Assembly (NCBI RefSeq): GCF_009914755.1 | Contig: NC_060941.1 | Reading direction: 5' to 3' (one strand) | Source of the DNA: the human T2T-CHM13v2.0 reference genome, Homo sapiens | DNA: 64,000 bases | Shown: positions 1 to 18,231 of the stretch, one piece after another | Numbering within the stretch: position 1 is the first letter of the stretch | Layout of the letters: every line of letters begins with the position of its first letter | The notes under the pieces: generated by a model | Databases searched by the model: none | Told to the model about the DNA's origin: nothing | The model's input: only the letters and a program-made list of their open reading frames with translations | Made by a program: the position numbers and the translations under genes

Positions 1-334
1 TAGCAAACCGTGTTCTCTGTGCTTGCAGAGATGGTTGATATAACTCTAAATGTAACACAGGAAGTCAGTTACAAGGGTATTTATTCTGGTCACCAGACAC
101 TAGTGACAGAATAGAGTTGAGCTGTTCTTTGAAAAGGGGGTAGGGTTGGGGAAGGGGACGAGGTTATTCTGTCAAAAGCCGTGGTTTAAAGCATGGGCTT
201 CAAGACATCAGGGGCAGTTGTCCTCAGTCAGTGCTGCGTGAGGGAAGGCCAGCAACCCCTCCAGACACACGTGTAACAGATCTGTTTAGTGTGTCCTTAA
301 ATAGTGAAATCATGACTTCCTATTGTTCATGTGA

Positions 335-648
<314 letters not shown>

Positions 649-979
649 TGAGTACTTGATTTGGAGTACTTGCTACTTTCAGAAAAAGACTTCTTTTGTG
701 GGAAAAGACTCTCTGAAACTTCAGTTTCTCAAGCATTTGACCTCAAGTCCATTAAGTTTTACAAGGCAAGGCAAAGTGGATAGCAGCAAAAGATTTTGAT
801 AGGGAAATCTGGGGCAAAAGTCTTCCTTTTTGGTGGCAAACCATAAGTGTATCAGATGGTGTGGACACAGTGACACAGAGATGCACTCACTGGCCAGATG
901 GGCCAGCAGTCTCTTCTTTCTTTGGTCTTTCTTCAGGGACCTTACTCTCATTCTGTCACTGTTTGTCCTTTTTTTGTAG

Positions 980-1143
980 GTGTGGGGATATTCAGCTTTG
1001 CCAGGTATGGCAGTGATTTTTATAGCATGCACTATAAAGGCAAAGTGAAGAAGCTCAAGAAAACATCTTCAAGTGACTATTCAATTTTCGACAACTATTA
1101 TATTCCAGAAATAACTAGTGTTTTACTACTTCGATCCTGTAAG
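980..1143 (+). CDS. AMZ2: Archaemetzincin-2, internal coding exon (164 nt)
   Basis: Acceptor ttttttgtag|G at 980, donor AAG|gtaagt at 1143; encodes GVGIFSFARYGSDFYSMHYKGKVKKLKK...LLLRSCK, phase-compatible with next exon. Confidence 0.95.
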
Positions 1144-1714
1144 GTAAGTTATTACAAAAATCTGACAGGACAGTTCTTTAAAAGAGATCTTAGTTCCGTA
1201 AACTGTATATTGTCAGTCCGTAAGGTAATATTATAAATGAGTTTGTATCATTTGTATAATTTTGGTGCATAGTGCTTGACTGAAATGATCAGTAAAACAA
1301 TTTAAATGGATACCTTCATATTGAAATTTACAATATCAGTGCCAGTTTTTCTGTACTACTAGTTACAGCCTTGGCTGTACCCATGTGCTATTAGTGTAAT
1401 TCTGAATTCTGGTATGAGTGGGTAACCTACTTTTTCAAGCTACTGTGGTCATTGGGCAAAGCTGCTTTCCCCAGGCCTTTGGAGAACCTCTGCTCTGGCC
1501 TCTCTGGGAGCCTGGGCCTTCCTGCCCTGGGCTCCAGGTTACCCTCGACTGTAGTTGTCCTGGCAGTTCCTGATATCCCCAACTCGGTTTTGTGGAAAGC
1601 CTATCTCCCCTTTCTCCATAGCCAGAGAGATGGGCTTTTCCTTCAGCTAGAGAAATTCTGCTTTTACCTGTACTATTTGTTGGGGTTTGACAGCTACACC
1701 TCTGAGAACTACAT

Positions 1715-2080
1715 TCTCACAGTGTGTTTCATGGGCCCCCTGTGTCATTGCCACCTGATGTTCTCATTAGCATGCAGATCAAGCCCCCTTTCTCCCAGAC
1801 CTACTGAAATCAGCATCTCTAGGGGAAGAGCCCCAGAATCAGAATTACAACAAGTACCCTAGTGTAGATCAAGGGTTCTCAGCCAGGGGTGATTTTGCCA
1901 TCCAGGGAATATTAGCAACGTCTGGAGACATTTTTGATTTTCACAATCAGGGAGGGAGTTCTGTTGGCCTCTAGTGGGTAGAGCCAGGGATGCTGCAAAG
2001 CATCGCACAGTGCACAGGACAGCCTCCCACAACCTGGTATTATCGGTCCAACATGTCAGCGATGTTGAGGTTGAGGAAGT
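1715..2080. mobile_element. MER5A-like fragment followed by MER20 (hAT-Charlie DNA transposon relics)
   Basis: ccagacctactgaaatcagcatctct (MER5A-like); gttctcagccaggggtgattttgcc...tctggagacatttttg...gggatgctgcaaagcatc (MER20-like). Confidence 0.7.
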
Positions 2081-2275
2081 CTATAGCAAGAAAGGCAGTA
2101 AGACATTTGGGGAAATGAGGGATTATTAAGTCTTTGAAGGTCTGGACAGGGTGAAGTTTTGGTGGTAATGGTAAGGGAGTTGATTCCTATGTTTCTTGGA
2201 AAAGCAAGAAAAAGAAGAGACGTGTAGCCTAATGTGATGGTGGTCTTATAAAGCCTCAACATGATTGTCTTGCAG

Positions 2276-2452
2276 ACTTTAACCCATGAGATCGGACACA
2301 TATTTGGACTGCGACACTGCCAGTGGCTTGCATGCCTCATGCAAGGCTCCAACCACTTGGAAGAAGCTGACCGGCGCCCTCTAAACCTTTGCCCTATCTG
2401 TTTGCACAAGTTGCAGTGTGCTGTTGGCTTCAGCATTGTAGAAAGATACAAA
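2276..2452 (+). CDS. AMZ2: Archaemetzincin-2 catalytic exon (177 nt)
   Basis: ttgcag|ACT ... AAA|gtaagt; HEIGHIFGLRH (HExxHxxGxxH metzincin motif) followed by CQWLACLM...CPIC (archaemetzincin Cys4 zinc site and Met-turn). Confidence 0.97.
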
Positions 2453-2885
2453 GTAAGTTGGGGGGTGGACAGTCTAAAGAGGGGGAAGTGGTTATCTGAG
2501 TAGCAAACCCATGTTTCTATTATATCCTTCTCTGGAGTTATAATTTATCAGAGGAAATTAGTGTAAAGATAAGCAGGAAGCTGCGGTTTAAAAATGTGAA
2601 GAAATGCTCTTCTTAAAAACTTCAGCTTGCCTTTGAGTGATTTATGCTTACAGTTCAATGAGAAATAGTGGAAGAAGTTTCTTTGCTTCTCTTCCATTTA
2701 GGGCAAGAGAGCTTGACTTTGCAGAACAGAATAAATATTGATATGTGTGGCAGAGTTCATTTTTTAAACCCTATAAGTGTGTGGACAGGATTTACCTTTC
2801 CAAATATGGGACAGAGGTATGATGTTCATTAGGAGGAAAAAAATGATTTTCTTTAAAAAGGAAGAAGGAAAGTACCTAATCTCAG

Positions 2886-3060
2886 TATGTGTGTGTGTGT
2901 GCCCACACTTGCCCACAAACATCAATATACATTCATGTGTCTACTCATGGGTATGACTGCATTCAGGTGACTGCACAGAAATGTCTACACATGTGTTTTC
3001 ACATACATATGTCTACCCATGCCTGTGTGGACACTTATATATGTATATACGTACATGTCA
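2886..3060. repeat. Degenerate (TG/CA/TA)n low-complexity tract
   Basis: Alternating purine-pyrimidine runs such as gtgtgtgtgt, acacatgtg, atatatgtatatac. Confidence 0.6.
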
Positions 3061-3389
3061 AAGTAATATAATGCCTTGTGGAATATTTAGCAAGTTGAGA
3101 AAAAATAACATCCTATTATGCTAGAAACAAAGTGTAAGAATGAGTGTATTTCTTTTTCATCTTTTTTCAGTGCGTACTTTTGACATCATTTGTAATTCTG
3201 TGTGTATTTGGTACGTGCCATTTCACTCAGTATATCATTAGCATTATTTCATATTCACACCATCATTATCAAATGCAGCGTCTTCATGGGGTAATATGTC
3301 ACCCTATGATCTAGAAGCCAATGCTTCTCTCTTGCCTGATGGTATTTTGCTGTGGTTTGTTGAAGTGCGCATCTTTCATGTTTTTCCAG

Positions 3390-3545
3390 GCACTGGTGAG
3401 GTGGATTGATGATGAATCTTCTGACACACCTGGAGCAACTCCAGAACACAGTCACGAGGATAATGGGAATTTACCGAAACCCGTGGAAGCCTTTAAGGAA
3501 TGGAAAGAGTGGATAATAAAATGCCTGGCAGTTCTCCAAAAATGA
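3390..3545 (+). CDS. AMZ2: Archaemetzincin-2 last coding exon
   Basis: tttttccag|GCA; ALVRWIDDESSDTPG...CLAVLQK then TGA. Confidence 0.95.
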   Translation, partial: ALVRWIDDESSDTPGATPEHSHEDNGNLPKPVEAFKEWKEWIIKCLAVLQK

Positions 3546-3740
3546 GGACCTTCAAATAGGAGTGATTGAAATAAATAACTACTTGCATGTTATGCTTTCA
3601 TTTGGGTGGAATACTTCATTGGAATAAACTACTGATCTTGTGCTGTGTCAAAGTAACAGACTAGAACCTTCTTTCAAGTACCTGAATTGAAATGAAACTC
3701 ATTTTGAATAATAAAAACTCTAGAAACTCTTTATCTTCTC
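3546..3740 (+). terminator. AMZ2: AMZ2 3'UTR with tandem poly(A) signals
   Basis: AATAAA at 3570-3575, 3623-3628 and 3710-3715; end position approximate. Confidence 0.7.
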
Positions 3741-4663
3741 ATCTTACTGGCCTGGTCTGTGGCAGCAAGCACATTATTTCCATTCCCCAAATATGTTTAG
3801 GTCTCCCAAGAAAGCTGGGACTGGCGGTAACGAGCAAGTAAATAACTTGAAAAAGAACCGTTCAATGCCCCAAGGAACCAACCAACATAATTTCCAGGGG
3901 GTGATTTTGTTTTTAGAAGAGCCGCTCCCCTCTTTTAGGCCCAGCCAAGTCACATTTTTGGACGTCCGTGGGCTCTGATCACCACAGCCCTCCTTTTCCG
4001 AGAGCCTACCTTACTGTCTCAAGTGCATTACCTTGTTTTTTTCTCTTGCTGGTTGTCACCTTATCCCTGAAAGAATGAACAGCTTGTATCAGTTTTTAGC
4101 AGCTTAAAATATGACCTATCAGGAATATTTACAAGTGAAAATAACAATGGTCCTTACACTACCACAACATTTGGTGGTGGGAGTTCCGCTGCAGGTCTCA
4201 GCTATAACATAGTCATTTATGAGGGATCTTACAAATAGTGTGTAATGGTATTTATATTTGTGAGTGTTGCACTTTTTCTATAGATTTAGAGCGGCTTTCA
4301 GGTTTATTTCAGTAATAATGTCCTCCTCACATTACATTGTGAAGTGTTTACCTGAGTCAGGGAGAGAGTTTAATGGGGTTATCTGTCGGGGTGCCATGAA
4401 TGCTGATGATGGTCTGCAGGGTGTGAACATCAGCCCCATTGCTACGGGGGTGGACAGGTGGAAAAGCTCAGACTTGACAAACCACCTCTGCTAGATAGAT
4501 GTATCTTGGAAATCCAGAAATTACAGTGAATATTTTATGGAATATCAGTGAGCAGACAGCATTTCCCACTTTCCTATCTTACCTTGAGGGTAAGACTTAA
4601 AGGTATATATGTATTTGTAATTTGAAACCTGGATTCTTCATTGTTTGATGTATGCAGTATGAT

Positions 4664-4702
4664 GTAACAAAGTATAGAAATGATCCCTGAAAGTATAGTC
4701 TT
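4664..4702 (-). pseudogene. 3'-truncated U3 snoRNA retrocopy (U3 nt ~1-39) with 22-24 bp TSD
   Basis: Minus strand reads AAGACTATACTTTCAGGGATCATTTCTATAcTtTGTTAC, the U3 5' end; flanked by tttgatgtatg(c/g)agtatgatgtaa at 4644-4667 and 4701-4724. Confidence 0.9.
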
Positions 4703-5619
4703 TGATGTATGGAGTATGATGTAAGGCACATTTCATATCTGAGTCAGTGGTTTCCCTTGGAGTCATTCTACTTGATTGAACCCATTTAAGTCATTTTAGA
4801 AAATGGTGGTTTGCTATTAAAATTAATTGGAGAGAATACTTGGTCATTCTATTAGGAAAAAGAGACTGATGGAGCATGGTGTTTTATGGATTCTGTTACA
4901 GGGCTTATTCCTCCTTGAATAATGTATTTAAAAAATTATTGTCCATTCGATTACATTTTTTTTTATTTTCCTACAAGGCAAGCACGGTTTTAGTCCTGTA
5001 GGTCAGCCTTTGTCACAAACTCTTTTGAACTAAGATTTGCCTAGTTGAATAAATAAGGTCCATTTGTGTCTACACTGCACTATGAGACTAGGAGAAAAAT
5101 CATCTAAGAAGTCATTCACTCTTGCTAAAAATTGAACTAAACATAAATTTTATATGATTCATTTGTTCAGCAATCATAAGTGCTGTGTATAACTATATAT
5201 TTTTGGATAATTTCTTAGGGTTCAGCTTAAAAATATAATTTGCTTACTGCAACTAAATTTTATGTACTATGGTTAAATCTTTGTGGTTTTAAAAGATAAT
5301 TTTCACTAAATAAATCCACGCAGATTTTGCTCTGCAAATGCTGGCTGAACAAAGTATTGAGCTAATAAAGAGAATTAATAATTTTCTACTATCTAAATAC
5401 TCTTAAAAATCAGTGAATTTGGAATGTTTTTCATTTATGTCATAGATCCTGATCCTGGGCACCTGTGGAGTTAGTATCTCTCCGGTCAAGAGATTTTTCA
5501 GGCCTCAGACTTCTAATGGTGAGGGTTAAGTAGAAGAATTTGTCGAGGATTACCCGTCGGTTCTTGTCCAGCTTGCTTTTTGAAGCACACATTCCCCTGA
5601 TATGAATAATTTACATTTC

Positions 5620-6010
5620 AAGCCCTACGAGGGACAGAGGGCCGCGTTGCTCCCTCTTGGGAGCAGCAGTGCTAAAATCGAAGCAGGCAGCTGCGGGACC
5701 GCTATAGCCGGCCCTGCGCTCGGGCCCTTCCCGGGCAGGAAACGCGTCGCTGTCCCCGGCTGCGCCCAGGCCGGCGGGCCCAGCAGCTGCGAACCGCCGG
5801 CGCACCACCTGTTTCCGCGCCCGGGGACTTCCCCGGCGGGGCTCAGAAGTGTGGGGTCGGTCGCTTGGCTTCCCCTGGCGTCAGCGACCCAGGGTAACCT
5901 CCTCCACTGCTGCGTGCCGTGCAGGCCTGCCTGTGTGAGAGCCACGTGTGCCGCGCTCTGGGCACAGCCTTGGAAAGTCAGGACCGCGACGGCAGCAGAG
6001 CAGTGAGTGG
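5620..6010 (+). promoter_or_regulatory. ARSG: CpG island / distal ARSG promoter with candidate non-coding first exon ending at 6002
   Basis: GC/CpG-rich island 2 kb after AMZ2; donor GCA|gtgagt at 6002/6003; CACGTG at 5943-5948; agrees with recalled ARSG isoform structure. Confidence 0.7.
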
Positions 6011-6092
6011 AATTAATTCTCAAGTAGAGCATTTAAAAAGTGCTTCATTGAAGAGTTTGAATCTCAGTCACTTTGTAGATTCTGATATCTAG

Positions 6093-6400
6093 AGTGGCAC
6101 CGTCCAACAAAAATATAATACAAGCCACATATGTAAGCTTGATGTTTCTAGTAGTCGTATTAGCAAATGCATAAAGAAGCAGGTGGAGTTAATTTTAATA
6201 GTATATTCTGTTTAATCCAATGCATCCAAAATATTATTTCAATCAATATCAATGCTGAATGTTTTATGTCCTTTTTTTGTACCATCTTCAAATTCCCGTG
6301 TGTTTGTTACACTTGCAGTACATCTTACTTCCAACTGGCCACATTTTCAAGTGCTCAACAGCCCCATGTGGCTTGTGTCTATTGTATTGGACAGTGCAGC
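6093..6400. mobile_element. MER33-like hAT-Charlie element
   Basis: gtccaacaaaaatataatacaagccacatatg...gtattggacagtgcag termini; TCTAGA target motif on both sides. Confidence 0.75.
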
Positions 6401-6961
6401 TCTAGACCAGTACCCAACTCTAGTGTACCTGGAAAAATGTACCCGTGGTATTGAGTTACTAGGAGAGGAAGGCTTATTTCAGGAAAAGGTCATGTAAATC
6501 TTCTGTCAGTACAGCCGGTGTTGACATTCAAGCTGAAAGGGTGTATGTAGACACCGTTTAATGTCTACATTAAAGGCCTCTGGCTTCGGTGTTAACTTGT
6601 TTCTTTAAAAGCTTGATACTGTTCTCTGTTGCAGCTTGTTTTTTACCCTCCCGTCTTCATTTTCAAGGGCCTGGTATTGTCTTCAAATGCATTTCCATTT
6701 TTGGAAAGCAGAGTCGTAAAGCATTAATAATGTGGAGATTATTTAGTCCATTTCATGCATGAGGACACAAGCCTGCAGCAGCCGAGTAAACTTGCTTGTT
6801 GTTTAACCAATGGCAAAAATGGGATCAGATCCCAAGTCTCCCTAATGTTGAGTTATTCGTTGTTTTCACTGTGCTGCATGACCTCATTGAAGTAAAATAT
6901 CACCAACCAGAACCTAACCATTTTTCCCCCGGGTTGTTTACAAGGGATTATACACGATTAA

Positions 6962-7405
<444 letters not shown>

Positions 7406-7787
7406 TGAGGCATTAAAAGAAAGCATTATGGAAAAAAAAAGTCTACTGGAAAATAGTTGAAACAAAATCTATTGAGGCAGTATGTTAAAACCCACAGACC
7501 TCCATACTTAACCCAGTATTGATTTCATCCCACTGTTTTCTTTAGTGTCTGCTCATGGATCAGTTTTTTCTTCTTTACAACTGACCCACCCATATAGTAC
7601 ACTACTGCTGGGCACTCTGAGACCCATCCATCCTCAGATGCTGAGCCGGTGGGTTCTCAGCACAGTGCTTTCAGTGTCCTATGGTTATCCAGCTGTTTCG
7701 TAGCAGCACAGACTCTCTTGAACTGTAACTGTCAATAGATAACATTTTTTTTCTCTTGTGTAACTAAAGGGAAAAAAGTCTATAACT

Positions 7788-9500
<1,713 letters not shown>

Positions 9501-10049
9501 ATGGGAGGTGCCAGTGCAGAGAGGGTGCTTAAAGTTTTGGTTGAATTCTAGGGTGTATAAGTTGTTAGGGAAGTTAGCGTGCTTGTTCTTGAGTTGCTGG
9601 AAAGGCATATAAATGACACAAATACATGGCCACAATCTGTATTTTCTCAATAATATTTGGTGAAATGTTCTGGGCATCAGGTTTCCCGTCTAATTTTCCA
9701 TGTAGGAAATGGATAGTCATTGAAGTAGTTTTGATTTGGGTGAGTTGTTACATGGAAAGGGAAGTTGTAAGTTCTCTTGCCACTTTTCTTGTTCTGCACC
9801 TTTAGAGAGTCATTACGAGAACTGAACACTAGGGGGACCCAGTTTCCTTACTTATGCAACGGCGGCTGGCCCAGCTGTACGCTACGATCGCCCTCACTTA
9901 GGACACATGCAATATAAACACAAATCTGAAAACAAGGGCAGCTTCTCTTTTATCAATGCAATGTATACTTATAGCAGTGATCATTTTTGCGTGTAACATG
10001 TCTGAATTCCTTAAATAGGTCATTTTAAGTAATGTGCATAACCATTACT

Positions 10050-12138
<2,089 letters not shown>

Positions 12139-12241
12139 TTACTTTGACCACAATGAATCCTTTCCCATGGGTCAGGATGTTAGTTCTCAGAGCTTTGCTT
12201 CTGGCGGTACTGACCTGTGCCGGTGTTACAGATGTGTGGTG

Positions 12242-12573
12242 AAGGGGCTGGAAACTGTGGTCCACAGGCCAAATCCAGTCCACTGTTTTTTTTTTTTTCA
12301 GCCTGAGAGCTAATAGTGTGTGTTGTTTTTTTTTTTTAACATTTTTATGTGATTGAAAAAAAATATATTTCCTGTGTGAAAATCTTGTGAAATTCACATT
12401 TCAGTATCCGTAAATAAAATTCCATTGAAACATGGCCACGTTCATTCATTTATATATTGTCTGTGGCTGCTTTTGACCCTCAATGGCAGAGTTGACTAGA
12501 CAGAGGCCTCATGGCCTGCAAAGCTTTAAATATTTACTATCTGGACCTTTACAGAAAAAGTTTGCCAACCCCT
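12242..12573. mobile_element. MER58-family DNA transposon relic
   Basis: aggggctggaaact...ggccaaatcc and atatttactatctggacctttacagaaaaagtttgccaacccctg termini. Confidence 0.75.
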
Positions 12574-12936
12574 GGCATGTAGAGTCTGTGCTGTTTACTT
12601 ACAGGTTGCAACAGTTCTTGGAATGACTCTGTAACTGGTTGTGGTCTTTAACTATTTGCCTTTATGACTTTTGATAGGCTTACTCTGGCTACCATGATAT
12701 CATTTCATTCATGTATTTTTGATTAATAATTAAATTCCATTGATGCTTTCATTCTTATTTCAATTCTTAGATGAAAATATGCTTCTTCATTTGATTATAT
12801 TGTTTAATTTTTATTTCCCTCTTCTGTTATTCATTACTTAATACTTCCCTTGAATTATTTAGTCTTTTTCTAAGGTGCTTTAAAATAGTTCGTATGAAAC
12901 TCAACATAAAATAAAATCGTCCTGTTTTCAATGATC

Positions 12937-13080
12937 AAAGTATATATATGTATATATATGTATATATATACTTTTTTTGTATAAAAAGTATATATATGTA
13001 TATATATACTTTTTTGTATAAAAAGTATATATATGTATATATATACTTTTTTTTTGTATAAAAAGTATACAAAAAAAAAA
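12937..13080. repeat. AT-rich minisatellite of ~38-bp palindromic units
   Basis: About three copies of aaaaagtatatatatgtatatatatacttttttgtat. Confidence 0.9.
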
Positions 13081-13096
13081 AGACATAAAAAAGTTT

Positions 13097-13415
<319 letters not shown>

Positions 13416-13599
13416 AGTTCAGTAGAAACTTCTTGGGAAACTTTATGTGTCTCTAGTAGAGTTAAAAGGTTTTGCAGAAGATAAACGTTAAAAAATTATT
13501 TATTTGGAGTGAATCTTTGGTGAGTTTTTATAACTTTAATTGCCTCAAACACTGAATGCTGTGAGAGTCAATAAAAAATCTTAGAAGAGAATCGGTCTC

Positions 13600-15662
13600 T
13601 TTAAATAAAAAATCCATAAATTTATTGCAAATCTAGAAGTACCAGAATGTCACTAATACAGAACAGATCAGCAATCTTGTTTGTATTTTCTTCCAAACAT
13701 TTAAAACCTTGATTATTGACATACTGAAATTGGCATACATTTTGTTTTCATGCAGATAACAGAATAGACATGGAGCAGATCCCTCAGAAATCAGTTATAA
13801 ATATTAAATTGTATTGAACATTCATAGTAAAAAATATGTCGTAAAGTGCTGAAGTCATGTAAGTCTGCAAAACTGCCACAAGCTCAAAGTTCTCAAGCAG
13901 TGACAGAGATTTGCTACATCCACCTTGTTTTAGATTATGCCTGTTTTTGACAGACACTTTGTCATTTCCTCCCCCACCCTCCCCAAAGTTTTATAGATTG
14001 TCCTATTTCTATGGCTGATAAGATGCTCTACAAAATGTAGCAGGTGGTGATGAACTATGCCACTTTCATTTCAGTGCAGAGAAATATTCAAGCTTGTGTG
14101 TACCTGTAACCAAACTAGGCTTGTTATGTTTTTCCCCCTGAGTTGTCATAAATTAACATTAACGATGAATAAAGATGGAGCAGCAAGCATTGACCATCAC
14201 CTGCAGGGTGAGATTGTGGTAAAATAGGTGAGTAAAAAGTCCACCTATTATCCTGACACTTGCCCTCCTTACAGAAAACTGCTAACGTGAGCAATACTAT
14301 ACATGTAGTGTGACTCCAAAAAAAAGGAAGAATAAAACAAACAAAACAAAACAATGACCAGTTACCCGATACCTCTGGCAACTTAGACCAATCAAGTCAT
14401 GTGTTATAGAAGATGTAAATTGCAACTTGTAACTCGCTATAACATAATTGTCTCTGTTACCCCCATGTGAAATACAGAAATGCTTCAATAATTAGATGGT
14501 TTTTTCTTTAAATCAGAAATGCTTTAACAATTCTCTGAAATATAATTCTGATCAAAGAAGTTCCTCAAGTATTCTTAAATGATAAAACAAATTAGTTTTG
14601 AAAGCTAAGGCGATTTGCAATCCATTATTTTTTCCCCTTTAATAGCACACGTTGCCCCTAATCAAATGGAAGAATCATGACAACTTGGCCTTTTATGAAA
14701 GTATTTTTACAAGATAAGACGTATTCTGTGAGGCATTTAAAGGATTGCAGAAAGGAGGTAAAAATGCTGCTTATGTCTCAGATTTTATTTCTTTTGATTA
14801 CTTTAATCATCCTAGAATAACTTAATAATAAATAGCGGTTTAAATTAAAGACACTACAGTCACATATTTCTGTATAACTAAAAGCAACAGGAAACACATT
14901 TTTAAATGCCATTTTGTATATTCTGTACTGAAACACTTCTGATAAGGACTGGCCATAAAAAGAAGTGGTAATCTTCACATTTATGAAGTTCAAGTTATAT
15001 ATATATATATACTTAAAATTTGTTTATTAGTAAAATGTTTGGTCTTAAACTATATTTCATTTCCAGCAAGCAGAGGCCGTAATTTGTTAACGGGAACCTT
15101 GGTATTTTACAAAGGGTTTAACAAAAACTATTTATTCATATTTCTGAAAATTAGGAATTTTAAAAATGATTGAAGTCTTTTTTTTTTTGACTGGCCAATT
15201 TCATTTCAATGACCTGGGTTGGATGTTGTTTTATTCAGGAGAGTAGTTTATTCAGACAAGACCATAGGAAGAAAGAAAAGAAAAAAAGAAAATCATTTAT
15301 CCCACGTGAAAGCTTTTAAAACCACTTTGCCAGTTCATGTCACTATTTTAATATCGGAATGTGAACCAAAGAGTCTTTCTACATATCTCTTGTATTGCTA
15401 CTGAATACAGCCAGATTTATATATGGAAGAGTGCTTGGTTGTTTTTTGTTTTGGCTTTAAAAACAAGCAAAAAAAAAAAGCTTAAAACAAAACAAAACAA
15501 AACAAAAGCGATGTTGGTAGTGCTCTTCACATACACATTCCCTTTAAAATGTAGTTTTGAAAGTGGAGTAGAGGGGTTAGCTCCTCTGCCTCCTTGTGTC
15601 CCCGTTGGGCCCACCCCATCCCTCTCCAGCCAACACAGTGGCTGTTGTTGTAAGAAAGTGTG
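13600..15662 (-). other. SLC16A6: SLC16A6 3'UTR (~2 kb, AU-rich, no Alu) with distal poly(A) signal
   Basis: Follows TGA at 15663; minus-strand AATAAA (tttatt) at 13621-13626, with additional hexamers at 14784, 15023, 15131, 15230, 15247; 3' end approximate. Confidence 0.7.
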
Positions 15663-15913
15663 TCATACCGGCTCCATTTGCACGTGAACTCTGTGCTCAT
15701 TTTTTGCAAGATCCATTTCCAGAAAGTCTTCAGGTATGTCCTGTAAAGTCTTCCCACGATGGCTCACTACCTTTGTTTCACCTGAGTGATGATGCTGGCA
15801 CAGTCCCATCTTACACGGTCTCACCAGGGCGAGGCACACAGCAGCCAGGGCCATGCCAGCTGCGCAGGAGTAGAAGGCCCTGCTGTAGATCTTACTTTGG
15901 TCCACCAACAAAC
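15663..15913 (-). CDS. SLC16A6: Monocarboxylate transporter 7, last coding exon (251 nt)
   Basis: cttccag|GT acceptor; [19 protein letters not shown]...HVQMEPV then TGA. Confidence 0.96.
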
Positions 15914-16237
15914 CTGGAAGAGAGCATGGCGTCCGTTAACAGCATCCTTCCTAGACATAAGCCCCTCACCCAGGCGACCATCCCATTCAGAAGCCTCTCA
16001 GTTTCACTGCCTTCCTTGTTTTCTTTTGTGTTTCTAAAGAAAAATGGGTGTTAAGGGCAGAAATCTTTACTAGACTGGAGAGGAGAAAGAGACAAACACC
16101 CAATATACTTGTTCTTCTTGGGCTAAGCCTGTCCTAGCAGAGGACCTAAAACCTGGGACATTTCGATGCATACTTCTTTGAAAAGGTAATATTCTTCGGT
16201 AGGAAGGAACTGTATTATTTTCACTTGAGTTCACTTT

Positions 16238-17216
<979 letters not shown>

Positions 17217-17415
17217 TTAGCTTCAATTCTTTGGCCTTCAGTTTCCTCATATTTAAATCAAGAGGGCTGGCTCAGGTAATCTCTAATCCCTGGCAGCTCT
17301 AAAATTCAATGGAAATATAAAACGGCAGTAAGTTTTTTTTATGGCTTGAACAGGAAGCTAGCACAATTCACAAGGGAAAGTAGACAAGTGTTTGTATTTT
17401 GTGTATTTAAATTAC

Positions 17416-18231
17416 CTGCAAGGGGCGGTCCAGCCAGTCCTGCTATGCTCTGAATGAAGATGTAGACCCCAGCTGCAGAAGACATCTTCTCAATGCCCAC
17501 GACATCATCCTCAGCAAGCAGTGGAATGTGAGTCCCTCCTATTGTTCCAACCATAAACCCAAAAAATATGCTGCATGACATTAGACCCCAGAATTCAGTA
17601 GCAAAAGTAAAGGCAAACAGAGACACAGTCAATAAGATGACGCAGATGAGCTCAATGTAAATCTTACGAATGGGCTCCCTGTTGAGGACAAAACCAGCTC
17701 CGATCCTTCCGAAAACTTCTGCAATGGCCATCGTAGATAATAAAAAAGCAGCGCGGTCCTGGTCAATGCCCAGACTAATGCCCAGAGGAATGATGTACAA
17801 GGAAGGTGCAAAGAATCCCAGTGTTGCAAAGAGACCAAATAATGCATAACAAATAAAACTTTTCTCTTTCAAAATGGAGAAGTCTAATAGCGGGGCTTTC
17901 TTTTCGCTTGGCCTGGGGCTGGTCTTCACCAGGACCTGCTGCATGTCGGCCTTCGGCTCCAGTTCCAGGTTAGTGTGAGTAGGCACATTTTTAGGTGAGG
18001 TAGTTAGTTCTACTCCTGAGTCAATGGAGTCTATTGAGGTTCGTGTTTTCTCATTTTCAAGCATATACTGCGCTTCTTTCCGATTGTCCTGGATGACTAT
18101 TTTCGGTGACGCTGGTCCTCTGATAAAGATGGGTCTGAGCAGTGCTCCGAAGATGACAATGTTTAACTGTAGTAGGCCCACGAAGAGGAGGCTGTATCTC
18201 CAGCCAATGCGCTCCTTCAGAGCCATGATTG
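17416..18231 (-). CDS. SLC16A6: MCT7 large coding exon (816 nt)
   Basis: Acceptor ctattcaag|CA, donor CAG|gtaatt; [16 protein letters not shown]...[12 protein letters not shown] transmembrane helices and large cytoplasmic loop. Confidence 0.97.

Noticed and set aside
4664-4702. Functional U3 snoRNA gene
   Set aside because: Only ~39 nt; lacks the 3' domain with C/D boxes and any snRNA-type promoter; flanked by a TSD
15596-16054. 152-aa plus-strand ORF
   Set aside because: Antisense shadow of the SLC16A6 last exon
17339-18226. 295-aa ORF as a stand-alone gene
   Set aside because: It is one SLC16A6 exon read through its donor into the intron
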